52,767 bases of DNA, taken from NCBI GenBank assembly GCA_002633005.1, contig NMRA01000417.1, positions 22,271 to 75,037 on the forward strand, read 5' to 3'. The position numbers and the translations under genes are program-made. Positions 12,308-24,679 of the stretch are shown one piece after another. The DNA comes from Phoronis australis (lineage: Eukaryota > Animalia > Phoronida). The notes beneath the pieces were generated by a model. That model did not search any database and had not been told where the DNA came from. It saw nothing but the letters and a program-made list of their open reading frames with translations. Within the stretch, counting starts at the first letter, position 1, and the number at the start of each line of letters is the position of its first letter.

Positions 12308-13724
12308 AGTGAGCGAGACATTTAGGTCCAAAAATATTAACATAACTTCTGGCTTGCAAAATAAAGCTAAATCGCGTAGAGTAATGAGTATACTCATTGA
12401 GTAAAAAATTGACATTTACTTTAACTTAGCTTTTTTCGGCCAATGACGATATAGTCTTGACACTGTCACATGCAGACGACAAGCAGCAGCACCTACACAA
12501 GATCTTGCTATGAAGCGAGAAATCCCCATTACCAAGAGCGCTGCCTCCTCCCCGTACTCCCACCCCCCATTGAACATTTCGCTGTGGTAAAAGAGTGATT
12601 TTTGGGGGTGTGACAGACGTAATGGAACATTCGCTTGCTATTTTTAGGACTTGGAATCGAGGTAAGACTGTGGTTTGCAGCGCGACTTGATTCGAGCTGA
12701 CTGCGAGTCGACACACGAGTTGGTTTCCCAAAATTAATTTTTATTGATAAGTTGTGAAAGCATTCGTCATTTTGGCAAATGGACTAAGCTCTAGCATCGT
12801 CAGTGCCATTTGTGACTAGTCATGATCTGAGCTTAAGGCGATTTGTTTGATTGATGAATGCAGGCACCCTTAAGTTGCTTTTTGGAAAAGAGAAGGTAAG
12901 CATGCTAATACACAGATTAGAATACGTTTTTGCTGATTTTTAGAACTCTACAAAGGGAATAAGATAATAAATCATGCATTATACAGGTTATTTTACAGGG
13001 GTTTAATGGTCAATGATTCATTTTTTGACATTTCTGGCCAATAACTAGGGTATTCTATTATCCAAGCTATGCCTTTTAAGTTGTTTCCACTGTATGAAAT
13101 TTTTGTTTGTAGCTCAGGTTTTTACAGGCTGTCATTGTATTTGAAGTCGCCTTTTATCAAATCGTACTGTTACAAGCATGTAGTTGTGATTGCATGTTTC
13201 TCTGATTGATAGTCCAATAAAAGAACAGTTGACTTCTGGTCTGACCTTAAGAGGTCAATCTGTGTCCTGGAATTGTAACATCTAGTCCTGTGAATATTAA
13301 CACATGCTGTCTGTCCTCAGTTTACTGACAGGCTTCTAGCAGGTATCAAGTTGAACATATTTTAGTGTTGCCTTGGTGCTCTGTTTTGGTCAGGTGAGTG
13401 CTGGAACTCTAAGTATTTCAGGCATTTGCTCTTAAAGTAGTATAAGGTTATGTAGGAGGACCCTGGAAAATTTCCAGATTTGGCTAACTGTGGAACATCA
13501 ATTTCATAACCTCATATGTGGCTGATCGGACTTGTATGAACTTTCACACACTATGATTTATGCACTGTTTTCCAAATTTTTTTAGGAATAGTTATTTAGA
13601 TGTTACATTTTTTTATTAGTGGATGTCAAATAGTTGTATGTAAGTGATTTTTATGAAAAAATCAAAAAGTTGCTTTGACGAAAATGTCAGAAAAATATAC
13701 AAGAAAATCTCATTAATTTCTTAC

Positions 13725-14410
13725 AAAATTGCCAAAATTTCGCCAAGTATGTTGCTTTGCTGTCAAGTTAGTTATAAATTTCGCCATGTATGTTGCTCTG
13801 ACGTCAAGTTTGTTTTTTTTTGTTCGCACTCTATAGGTCACAATGTTCGTCCTATCCTCACGAAATTTACACACAACGTGTAGCTCCAGAAGTGGTGGAA
13901 TCTTATTGTTTTTGGTCATAATCGGATCCAATATGGCGGACATGGCGGCCATTTTCTTTCCGATTTCTAATTCAGTTGCTTATAGAACCCGCAATTTTTG
14001 ACGTATCGGGCTCAAAATCAGCACAAATATGAAACTATACAGGTCCCCCGAATATGCTAGAAATCATTTACTTCCCGTCAAAAATGGCGGAAATATTGGC
14101 AATGGCGCATGCGCACCTCGATTTCGGGAAAAAAACGTTTTGTCCTGTAGAGGGCACTTTAGAGGACCAATTGCTTTGAAAATTTTCAGGTATTAGTTTT
14201 CTGTCGCCGGCTATTATCCAATCCTAAAGAACGGAAGTTATTTCCAAGATGGCGGATCTGACGCAAGTTGACCCATTTTCAGTCTTACCAGAGTGTCATT
14301 TTAAATGGGAAGAGAAAATGACATGAATTTTTGCATGTGGATTCTCTGAGGTGTACTCTTTCAAATGAACTTCGAACAATTTTTTTCTCAGACTTACCGT
14401 TTTCGAGTTG
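13725..14410 (+). mobile_element. HINE-family 5' portion
   Basis: AATTTCGCCAAGTATG start; ttgttcgcactctataggtc; gcgcatgcgcacctcgatttcgggaaaa; colinear with 10450-11080. Confidence 0.75.
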
Positions 14411-14506
14411 AAATTATATAGATGTTGCAATGCAGTCAGTTACCGACGAATAAAACTATAAAATAGTAAAACTAGTAAAACTAAAATGACGAGCGTCGGT
14501 ACTAAA

Positions 14507-15239
14507 ATTTATTTATTTATTTATTTATTATTTTGATATTTAAAATGAGGGTGGCCTCTTCAGTGATAGCACTGCTTTCCAAGAGGGCCCTCAACAAGAA
14601 AAACAGTAATATAATACAATGAAATAATAAAACAACAATGAAATATATGTAACAAAGATACAATTAAAACAGTTAAGGTTGAGAATTAAGACAATAACTA
14701 AATGACAAATAATGGTAAAAAATTAACTAAGACAGATGAAATAAATTAAGAGATGACTCTAGACAATGAGAGTATTTACGACAATGAAAAAATGACATGA
14801 TTAAGATAGGCAGGGTATAAAAGGTTAAGTAAATTACAGCCACTTTTTAACATTAACTTTAAAGGTAGTAATTGAGTTGGACCGTTTAATTTCTGGGCTA
14901 AAAGAATTCCATATTATAGCAGCTGCATAGATAAAAGATCTCTTGCCAGTCTCGGTTTTAATTTTTTTAGAAGAAACATTGCCAGCAACAGAAGAACGTG
15001 TAGAATAAACAGCCTGACTGCTATTGAATTTACTGCTGAGATATGCTGGAGCCAAGCCATTGATACATCTGTATATACAACAGGCAGAGAGATATTTATT
15101 TCTTTGTCTTACTTTCATAAATCCCAGCTTGGAGTACAAGTCGTCAACCCTAGTGTCCCTAATTTTAGTACCCAGGATAGCCCTGGCGGCTCTATTTTGG
15201 ATTACTTGGACTTTGTTTACAAGTGTGTCACTAGTGTGC
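14507..15239 (-). mobile_element. L2/Crack-type LINE 3' end: ORF2 C-terminus (15239-14834), 3' UTR and (AAAT)n tail
   Basis: NKVQVIQNRAARAILG...YRCINGLAPAYL...YSTRS...KTETGKRSFIYAAAIIWNSFSPEIK..F*; 3' stem-loop GAGGG..CCCTC at about 14547-14592; TTTA repeats at 14508-14530. The 5' side ends in the N gap. Confidence 0.88.
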
Positions 15240-15422
15240 NNNNNNNNNNNNNNNNNNNNNNNNNNNNNNNNNNNNNNNNNNNNNNNNNNNNNNNNNNNNN
15301 NNNNNNNNNNNNNNNNNNNNNNNNNNNNNNNNNNNNNNNNNNNNNNNNNNNNNNNNNNNNNNNNNNNNNNNNNNNNNNNNNNNNNNNNNNNNNNNNNNNN
15401 NNNNNNNNNNNNNNNNNNNNNN
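15240..15422. other. Assembly gap (183 N)
   Basis: Run of n. Confidence 1.
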
Positions 15423-16245
15423 TTTTCAGATGGATTCGACATAGTTTGCGCCACCTAGTGGCCATTTTTAGTGTTTTCGAGTCTGTTTTTGTGCGTCCAC
15501 CCCTCTATCAACCAAACCGCTCAAAGGATGATTGTGAAAATTGGCATGTATATGCTTACTATGTAGAGGACGGTTGACGATGATTTTCCGACGATTTGGA
15601 CTACTGTGGCACCTCCTAGTGGCAGTTTTGTTTTTTGCGCCTATGGCTGTATCTCCTAAACCGTTAGCAGGAGTTTTACGAAATTGTGTAAGTATATTTA
15701 TATGATGTTAACAACGGAAGATGACGACGTTTGGACGGATCCAACTACCGGTGTGCCCCCTGGTGGCAATTTTAGTTTTTACGCTTATGTTTGTATCTTC
15801 AAAAGTCCTTAACGGGTTTTCATGAAATTTGGTATGTAGGCACCTATTAGTGAGATGACGCTATCCTCCTGTTTTCAGATGGATTGGACATAGTTTGCGC
15901 CACCTAGTGGCCATTTTTACTGTTTTCGAGTCTGTATTTTTGCGTCCACCCCTCTATCAACCAAACCGCTCAAAGGATGATTGTGAAAATTGGCGTGTAT
16001 GTGCTTACTATAAGGATGACAGCTGACAATGATTTTCAGATGATTTGGACTACTGTGGTGCCTCCTAGTGGTAGTTTTGTTTTTTTTGCGCCCATGGCTG
16101 TATCTCCCAAACCGTTTGCAGGATCTTTACTAAATTTAGCAAGTGTATTTATGTGATGTTGACAACGGACGATGACGATGATTCTGACTACCGGTATTCC
16201 TCTAGTGGCAATTTTAGTATTTGCCTCTAGTGGCAATTTTACTAT
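15423..16245. repeat. Tandem repeat, about 449-bp unit made of three ~150-bp subunits, each carrying a CTCF-like motif
   Basis: TTTTCAGATGGATT.GACATAGTTTGCGCCACCTAGTGGCCATTTTTA occurs at 15423 and 15872; motifs at 15448, 15608, 15753, 15897, 16058, about 16195 and about 16220. Confidence 0.85.
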
Positions 16246-16589
16246 TTTACATTGACCTCTGTATTTTCTTCAGGTGTGTACTTTGTGTTACTTCGTGACT
16301 ATGAAGGATAAGTTCCAAGTAGAAATTTGTTTCTGGCATTCTAATGCTGTGCTAATCTCGTATGTTGGTAAATTTGTTTTTAATTCCTTGTTTCTGTGGT
16401 GCTTTAAGCAACTGGTGTATAGGATGTGCTTGTATTATGAAGATTACTCACATTTTGCCCCTAGCCTATTGAGGAGACAAGTACCATGCCTTTTCATTTT
16501 GCAAAGTACAACATACTACATATATGCCCTCTACTGGCCACTTTATGGTACCAATAAACAACCCTAGAAGGATACCGTATGCGGTGCAA

Positions 16590-17015
16590 TTGTGGGTGCC
16601 TTTCAACGCTCTGCGTTGCTCTTGTTTCGATACAGCGTCGACTTTTGGAGTTATTTGAGATTTTATGAAAACGCTGTTCCTTTGCTGACCGATTTTGCTG
16701 CACTGTTGTTTTACTGAACAAGACTAGTCTATATCTTTCTGATTTATGACATCTGAGTTCGCCATAGTAATGTTATGATGCTAGTCAGCATCGTCGCCAT
16801 TATCATCATATTCGTCATCTTCATCATCATCTCCGTCGTCGTCTTTTCAGTTAATTTCGCCAAGTGTCGCTCAAGACTGTAGCCTATTTCTTACTGATTT
16901 CTGACCTTTACGTTCGTCATAGGAATGCTATCGTTACCTGTATTGTTCATGATGGCTACCATCGTCGTCATATCCGTTATCATCTCTATCGTTTTCTTTT
17001 CGGTTAATTTTGCTT
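16590..17015 (+). mobile_element. HINE-family 3' portion, likely the continuation of 13725-14410
   Basis: acttttggagttatttgagatttt..aacgctgttcctt..CAT/CGT-rich subrepeats..gttaatttcgccaagtgtcgctc; colinear with 11190-11640. Confidence 0.7.
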
Positions 17016-17189
17016 TTTCTAAGCATGAATCTCTCATTACATGGTGGCCACTGGTAGTGCATTTTCATTAATTTGAATGGTGGCCATTTTGGAAAATGGA
17101 CGCTATTACGTAATAGTGTCAATATTTGTGATTAATTTTATTCGTGTATGTTGTTTTGTAAAATAATAAGTCTAAAATGTAACACTCAA

Positions 17190-19379
17190 CAGGGCTCGAC
17201 GCTATTAAAATCGCCAGGTCGTATTTTGCGACCTAGCCAAAATCCCAGGTCGCATTTTCAAAATCCAGCTCGCATTCGTAAATGCCAGGTCGCAAAATTT
17301 TCCCGCCATTTTTACGCGCCAAAACAGATTTTTTAGATCATCGGGAAAATGTTTAGATTATGCTCTTACCTGCAGCGTTAAATACTCACAAATTTCGGAT
17401 TTCAAAATTGACTTCATTCATGCAGGTACGGCCTTACTGTTCTTCACGACCGCCATTGAAAGTCTCTAGAGCGCAAGGCAAGTTGCCGACGTGAAAGTTG
17501 AATCAGTGCTCTCTAACTGACTCGTGCATTCGAGTAACTAAATTTGCGATGTGAAAAGGGAGAAAATGCCCGTTGAAAAAGTATCCGGGATTTTGTTAGA
17601 TCTGGTCTTCTCACTGGCCGTCATCAAAGTCGTTAACGATTCAAACTAACTCGGATAATCGCGAGTTTGCTCTTCAATACCTTCCAAGTACGGGAAAAAT
17701 AGGTCAGTCGCAAAACGACACGCATGTCACTAGTGTTAATTTTCTTTCCGAGGTATAAAACAAAGCCGGGATTTGGTTTTTACATGTTGTGAAAAGACGT
17801 TTTAGAAAACTGAAGTTGTGTAAAATGAAAGTGACACACACCATATAAACTGCGTGTCAATTTTAAACCACACGCGGTCGTTTGTAGTGCGCAATGATGG
17901 GCGCTAGCTTGAACTGTGGGCGCTTAATTGGAAATTCTCAAAATTTAAGGGAGGACTTTTAATAGATCAGTGAGCGCTTATTATGAAACACTTTAAAGGT
18001 AGGGAGTAGGCTTGTGCGTGAGCATAGTCGTTAACCTCAGTGTTTGCGGTAATAAGATATTAAAACGCTGCAATGGTAAGAAACATTATAATAATACGAT
18101 TTTGCGAGGCAAACTCCATCTGGTAGGGGTGACTTTCTGGATATCGTTACCACCTACATTGTACCCTTTTTAGCCACCCGGAATGATTTTTTAACTGCCC
18201 GCTTCAGCCGGAACAAGGTTGTTTCTATCGAAGTCTGAACATTTTACGGCGACGGTGGTTCGGGGAGCGAAAAGTTGCCGGGGGGGGGGGCGTATAAAGA
18301 GAAGAATGAAAAGTTCGCTAACTGGAACCACAATTTCGCATCTAGTGCCAGTTTAGTTGCAATAGCTGGCTACGGGCATAGAATACAGGGTTTACAGAAC
18401 ATCGACCTCGGGAAACATCGGAACAGGATAACGTTAGTTCTGGGTTATATCGGTCCCGGGACATCGGGTCTTTTATAACCGCTGGGAATCTGAGTTCATT
18501 TTCAAATAAACCAGAGCCAAGCCGGTATACTCTTTCATTTAGGACTGTCGCTGTTCTTTGAAGTGGTGCGCACGCGTGAGTTCACGCACTTGAATCGCTG
18601 GAGTAGGCCTACACTTTACGTTGGCAACAACGTGTGAAAGACAAATCATATTTCGCGCACGTAGCCCCAGAAACAAGTAAAGGGTTTGAGAATTTCTTGG
18701 CAACTGAAAGTAAAGACGTGACCGTCGTTTGGCGATTAATAAGGTTGTAATTTTCACTTTGGCTGTCTTAATACGATAAAAAGGAGAAGCACATCTCAGT
18801 CTAAGTCACGATTGTCTGCCGGGACCGCTTGCGCGCTAACGGTGCCGCAGTGCGATATCAGGGATATTGTCGTGGATATTTGGTACATGTAATAAGGACA
18901 TCTTATGTGAAAAATAAACATTTTTGTCCACCACAATGTTTGGTAAGTTGATCGCTTAAGAATTAATAGAAACACCGTTGTTTTGTGAAGTTTTATCACG
19001 TGTTAAGCAGTGGCCCGAAACTTTCTTCGGCGAATCCGGGAATTTACAAAAGTGGCCGAAAGTGTTAGCCAATGAAACGCGTCAAAGATCGATTCTGCAT
19101 ATCCCATGTTCACGCGACTTGCTTACAAGTCATCGGGAGGACTGTTCTCGGTTAGTGTTCTTTTGAACTTGTATTTGGCAACAACCAAATAACGGTCGGA
19201 TTAACAAGAGCTGATTCGTATTTGCCGGGTATCTGTTGAGAAGTGTAAAAACTCAGCTCGCATTCGTTGGAAATTCCAGGTCGCATTTTGCGACTTTATA
19301 CGAGCTGACAAAAATCTCAGCTCGCATTTCCAAATTTCAGGTCGCAAATGCGACCTGCAGCTCGTTATGTCGAGCCCTG
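17190..19379. mobile_element. hAT-like non-autonomous element with a 5-bp TSD (hAT5-like)
   Basis: 11-bp TIR CAGGGCTCGAC/GTCGAGCCCTG; TSD CTCAA at 17185-17189 and 19380-19384; multiple subterminal CAG(G/C)TCGCA motifs at both ends. Confidence 0.85.
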
Positions 19380-19689
19380 CTCAATTGCAGTTTGCTATGG
19401 AAATTTTAAAGACACATAATATCACTTTTTCTTGGCCATTTTCTTAACTTTTTGCAAGCTCAAAATTTTTGCTTTTCCGGACTAGAAATGGCAATATCTT
19501 GACCATTTGTTAAGGTAGGGACATGTTTCATACATCCAAATGATCAGAAAATACTGTATTTTCAGAAAAAATAACAATCACAAAAATTACAAATCCCTAC
19601 TTAAGACTCATTTTGTGGTGCTGGGTCACATATGTGACCAAGTCTATTCAGCTGTATTTCATGAATGATCTTAGTATAAGAATCAATAA

Positions 19690-20105
19690 ATCTGTTACTG
19701 GACACGATACGTGGAGATGGCTACGTTGCGTCCTCCTCTCGAGGACTTCATCAGGCCACTGAGTTGTCACGTGACTTGTCATGTGATCTGTCGTACAGTT
19801 TCCGTGGGATTCTCTTCAGCGCCCTATCCCATGTCCTAGGTAAGTGAAACCACAGCCCCCCTGTCTATTGTGGCTAGCATTCTCAATTCTCTCGTAGATA
19901 GCTTCTTTGACCCCTCTCCGAAACCAATTTTCTTCCCTATCCAGGATCTTCCCATCTTCCATGGCGAAAGAGTGGTCTGTGGAAGCCATGTGACTAAAAA
20001 CTGCAGAATCATAGCAGTCCCCATAACTGGATCTCCGATGCTGGTTGAAACGACTTTTCAGGGCTTGCTTGGTTTCCCCAATGTATGCTGCTCCACACCC
20101 TGGAT
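19690..20105 (-). mobile_element. Penelope-like element 3' fragment: GIY-YIG endonuclease and pLTR
   Basis: PGCGAAYIGETKQALKSRFNQHRR..SAVFSHM..DHSF..KILDREENWFRRGVKEAIY..NRQGG, followed by the hammerhead. Confidence 0.9.
19718..19758 (-). ncRNA. Minimal hammerhead ribozyme in the Penelope 3' pseudo-LTR, with the core GAAA reading GCAA
   Basis: Minus strand reads TGGC-CTGATGA-A-GTCCTC-gagag-GAGGAC-GCAA-C-GTA-GCCA: stem I TGGC/GCCA, a 6-bp stem II and the CUGAUGA core, just downstream of the GIY-YIG ORF. Confidence 0.72.
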
Positions 20106-23100
20106 GTCTCGCTGTCCTTGTGTCGTGCGTCAGCTGGAGAACCGGACTTCGTAACTGACATGGAAGTACAATCACCATTCGATCACTGCTGCAAAGGGCC
20201 TCGATCCAACGCCGATACAGAACACCATCCTACAAGCGCAAAAGGTTGCACAAACGCCGGGTACCCCAGGAGTTCCCCAATATAGCTTTAAGCTCAGGCT
20301 TCTCCGAGGACTCAGACATGAATTTCATTACTGGACCTATGACCTTATAGTTCTGTTGCAGAGTACGAAGCTCATCTTTATTCCAGTTAGGCAGCCAGGC
20401 GTCACTCTCGGGATTTTCACGTTCCTTGGTGACACGCCATCCCCGCCGCACTGTAGTGACAACTCGTTGACCAGCACATTGGTCACAATCAGATCACTGG
20501 CATATGCGATACGGTTTGCGGGACAATCCGTCCGCATGACCGTGGTGATTACCCTTCCGGTGCCTAATCTCGTAGTCATATGTGTCGAGAACCGCTATCC
20601 ACCTGCCAACCATGTTGACGGGTTCCTTAAATTCTTTAACCACTTCAGAGATTGATGGTCTGTTCTTCTAAGGAAGTTGCGGCCCCACAAATAATGTCAG
20701 AACCGCTTAACAAATGTAACAACACCCAAAAGTTCGCAATACGTGGTGCAGTAGCGCTGTTGTGACGCTGACAGAGTTTGGCTGGTACAGGCGATGACCG
20801 TCTCTTCGCCATCTTGCTCCTGAGATTAGTACTCCTGAAATGCCAAAGGCCGATGCATCCGTGTCAAGGATAAACCTTCCCTGCCACTGGGGATACGCTA
20901 ACACTGGATGGTTGGTAAGCAGTACCTTCAGCTGGTCAAATGCCAATTGACACGAGTCATCCCACGCGAATGGTTGGTTCTTCCCGGTCAAACATGACAA
21001 TGGTGCAGCAACAGTGGAGAAGTCAGGAATGAATCTTCGGTAATATGATGCCAAGCCAAATTAACTGCGTACACCTGAAACTGAGGATGGTGTCTTCCAT
21101 TCTGCAACTGCAGCAACCTTTTCAGAGTCACAACTTACTCCTGCTTCAGAAACTACGTGGCCTAGGAAAGGTACCTCACTCCGAAACCATGATGTCGTCA
21201 ATATACAGTAGAGACTTGTCCCATTGCATTCCCGCAAAAACCTTCTCTACCAAACACTCAAAACTAGATGATGCATTCGCCAGACCAAAAGGCACCTGCC
21301 AATGTCCACTGGCCATGTCAAGGGTGGTAAACCATGACATGCCTGCGAGGGAATCAAGGCAAGTGTCTATGCTTGGGAAAGGATACGCATCTTTCCTATT
21401 CATCACGTTCAATTTCCGGTAGTCTACACAGAATCGATAGCTGGAGTCTTTCTTTCGCACCAACACGATAGGCGAGGCCCATGGCGAATCATTTGGTTAG
21501 ATAACTCCAGCAGCCAGCATCCTGTCGATCTCCGCATCGGCGATCTCCCGCTGTGCTATAGGTAACCGTCGAGGAGTCTGTTTAATTGGAAAATGATCGC
21601 CTGTGTTGATGGTATGCTCGACCAGCATGGTTCTCCCAAGCTCGGCATTGGGACCGGCGAAAACATCTGAAAACTTGGCCACAAGTTTCCGCACCAAAAG
21701 AGTCTGCTGTGGAGTCAACCGCTCATTTGCGTCCTTAATTACAGGTTCCAAGTGAGGCAGAAGATGGACAGTATCTTGACTGACAAACGTGCCCTCACAA
21801 ATGGACCTTGGAACTATGACACTGCAAAGTGCCCTCTTTTCTGACAAAAGATTGATCGACTTTCCACAGAGATGTAAAACGTCACCCTCCGGAGCTGCAC
21901 TAATATTACAAAAATTATTTTTCATAAAGTCTAATTCAAGAATCACCTGAGGATTGACGTCGGCGACAACAAATCGCTGCTTCAGACGCAAGCCTGCTAC
22001 GTCAAAATCAGCCACCACGCAACCATAATCATTAATACGCGCCCCACCCACGCCTGGCAATGAAATGAGAGTGGGTTCTAAACCACCTATATGTGAACTA
22101 CTTAACTCAAAAACGTCTCTAGACATAAGAGAACAAGGTGAACCGTCCGCGTCTATCAAAGCGGGAAACTTTTCACCAAACAAATCAACAAAAACAAACA
22201 TTCTGCAAACCCGGTCGAGGCCTTGGCCGCGGACTCGACCGGTCCTGGTTTGATGACTCATTAGTATCTTGGTTACGAGTGTTCCCCTTCCTTTCCTGGG
22301 GGCATTTCCTGGCGATATGTCCATCTTGCCCACATTTTTAGCAGCGGATGGGTTCACGAGGCTTTTGGTAGTGGAGCTGATGCTGAACGTCCACTAATGT
22401 CCTCTTTATCTCAGCCATGTCATCATGGTCTGGCCTGCTAGTTCGGCACTCACACATGGTCATGACTTGTGTGTCGGGGCAGGGAGCCACATCCGAAGCT
22501 TTGTTTTTCCGGCTACACCAGGTACCCTCAAATGCCTCAAACTCGTACATAAGAAATCGCGATGTCCACGGACAATGACCTCTGAAATTGTATGTGCCTC
22601 CGCAGCACCTGGTCGTTGAGCCCAGCTATGAATTGGTCTACGACCAAAACTTCATGGGCGTCACTGGCTAACTCAGGGAATGCCAATGACGCTATCCGTT
22701 TTAGACTAAAACGGTGGTCTGAGATGTTTTCTGTTTTCCCCCTCGTTCTCCCTCGAAACTCGCAGCTGTGTGCGGCGACGCATTCTGCAGGACAGAACCG
22801 CTACCTAAGCGCCGATTTTAAATCGTCAAAATTCTCAGACACTTCAGACTCATGACTAACTGCATGTCCGACTCCTGCTCGTCCCAACCATTCCACCTAC
22901 AAATTTTGTCGAATTGGCACAAAAAGTCTGACCATTCGCATGATTTGCCATCAAAATGTTGTGGCACGCGCACTTTGCGTTTCAGTGGGGCGAGTGCTTG
23001 TTGTTGCTCTTGTTGTTTTGAATTTTGCTTGATACAGGGGGCCATCAAATCCAATCCTTCCCTGGCAGTCTGATTTATGGCCTGTCGCTGATGGTCAAAT

Positions 23101-23276
23101 GACAATGAACTAGGCGGGCTGTTGCGTGGACAGTCGATGTATGGCATTTCAGAGGAGCGGTCACTATAATCACCAACTGGGATGATTTCAGACAGAGGAT
23201 CTGGTTCAACGTGATTTTCGGCCACCATAAACGAGGGAGTAAACCAACTAGACACATTTGACAAGAAACGGGCCAT
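20100..23276 (-). mobile_element. Decayed Ty3/Gypsy LTR retrotransposon internal region (gag-PR-RT-RNaseH-start of integrase) with stops, frameshifts and deletions
   Basis: gag PQHFDGKSCEWSDFLCQFDKICRWNGW; protease ALIDADGSPCSLMS; RT PIKQTPRRLP..SPWASPIVLVRKKDSSYRFCVDYRKLN..DAYP..FGL..LYIDDI; RNaseH FILDTDASAFGISGVL; integrase LPCQLRSPVLQLTHDTRTARH. The PR-RT-RH-IN order is Gypsy. LTRs were not identified. Confidence 0.93.
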
Positions 23277-23911
23277 TTTGGATTATGGAATTGGATGAAA
23301 TCAGCAAATGTAACTTATGGAACCGAGGTCAATAGATGCCACTCTGAGTATTTCGCCTCTGGAGTGAACCCCAGGGGAGGATGGGCCGGGCCCCTTGCCC
23401 CCCGCCCCGATAAATCGGCATATGAGTAAAACAAAGTCTATTTGTGATAGCCTGTCATGCAAAAGTAGCAAATTTATAAAATAATTGCTAACGGCATGTT
23501 GGGGTCACAGAGTGCATATGTCACTGGTCCGATGAATCCAATCAGCTATATCTGAGATTGTTCTCAAAATTGCCAAATTCAACCACTTTTTCGAGGATCC
23601 TACATATAATGTTTATCTTAAGTTGGCTGTGAACTGAGGGAGCCCCAAAATTTTAAAGATCTAACCTTCATGCAAAAGTAAGTGATGTTGAAAATATTCT
23701 GTCTATATGTAAATATTTGATTTGATTCTTCTTGAATGATGACCGTATGTTTTAGCTTACTGAGATTTAATGTCTTTTTCACTGTAATTTTCTAAGTACA
23801 TCCATGATAAAACACTCACCGCTTCATGGCATGTTCGCATTATCCAATCACACTTATAAGAGTGACTTCCTTTTTATTAAGTTCATCAATTTTAGACTAC
23901 TTATATTCTTA

Positions 23912-24035
23912 ACCATGAACAGTTCATGAATACAAGAATACAAAAAGTTCATGAACAATTCATTTTCTTGGGTAATGAACTTCATGAATGTTCATGAATA
24001 TTTATGAATATATCATAGTTCATGAACTTCATTTC
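23912..24035. repeat. Second TTCATGAA palindrome cluster
   Basis: About 5-7 exact or near-exact (G)TTCATGAA copies within 125 bp. Confidence 0.7.
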
Positions 24036-24679
24036 AAAATAAGCGCTCTTGCTGCATTGATATTGGTTTAGTTTATATTGAAAAAGACTGTAGCCTATTT
24101 CTTACTGAGTTATGACATCTAAGATCGTCGTATGAATGTTATCATCGTGCTCAACATCTCTATCATAATCGTCATCATTGTGATCCTCTCCATCGTCGTC
24201 TTTTCAGTTAATTTCGCCAAGTGTCGCTCTTCCGAGCGCTCTCGTTATTTGGCGAAATAAATTTCGCCTTATTTTGCCAAGTATGTTGTTTTGCCATAAA
24301 GTTTGCTTTTTGTTACTTGCCACCATCGTCATCATATCCGTCATCTTTGTCATCGTCTCTATCGTTGTCTTTTCTATTAATTTCGCCAAGTTTCGCTCAT
24401 CGGAGCGCTTTCATTTTTTTGTTTGTTCGCACTCTACAGGTCGCAATTTTCGTCCGATTCGCACGAAGTTTGCACACGACGTCTAGATCCTGAAGTCCTG
24501 GAGGCCTATTGTTTTTGGTCATGATCGGATTCAAAATGGCCAATGTTGCGGCCATTTTGTTTCCGATTTCAGATTCAAATGCTCATAGAGGTCACATTTT
24601 TCAACATACAGGGCTGAAAATTGGTACGTTTATTACAGCCCTCAAGTACTATAACTGCGCTGTAAATCAATAACTGTTG

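Noticed and set aside
15024-15577. ORFs spanning the N gap
   Set aside because: Artefacts of translating Ns; only the minus-strand LINE part is real.
19510-19604. Tiny TTAAGGTAGGGA..TCCCTACTTAA element
   Set aside because: The TIR is short and imperfect; it could be a Kolobok remnant but is not distinguishable from chance.
23280-23420. Gypsy 5' LTR / PBS
   Set aside because: No paired LTR, TG..CA ends or convincing tRNA-complementary PBS found.
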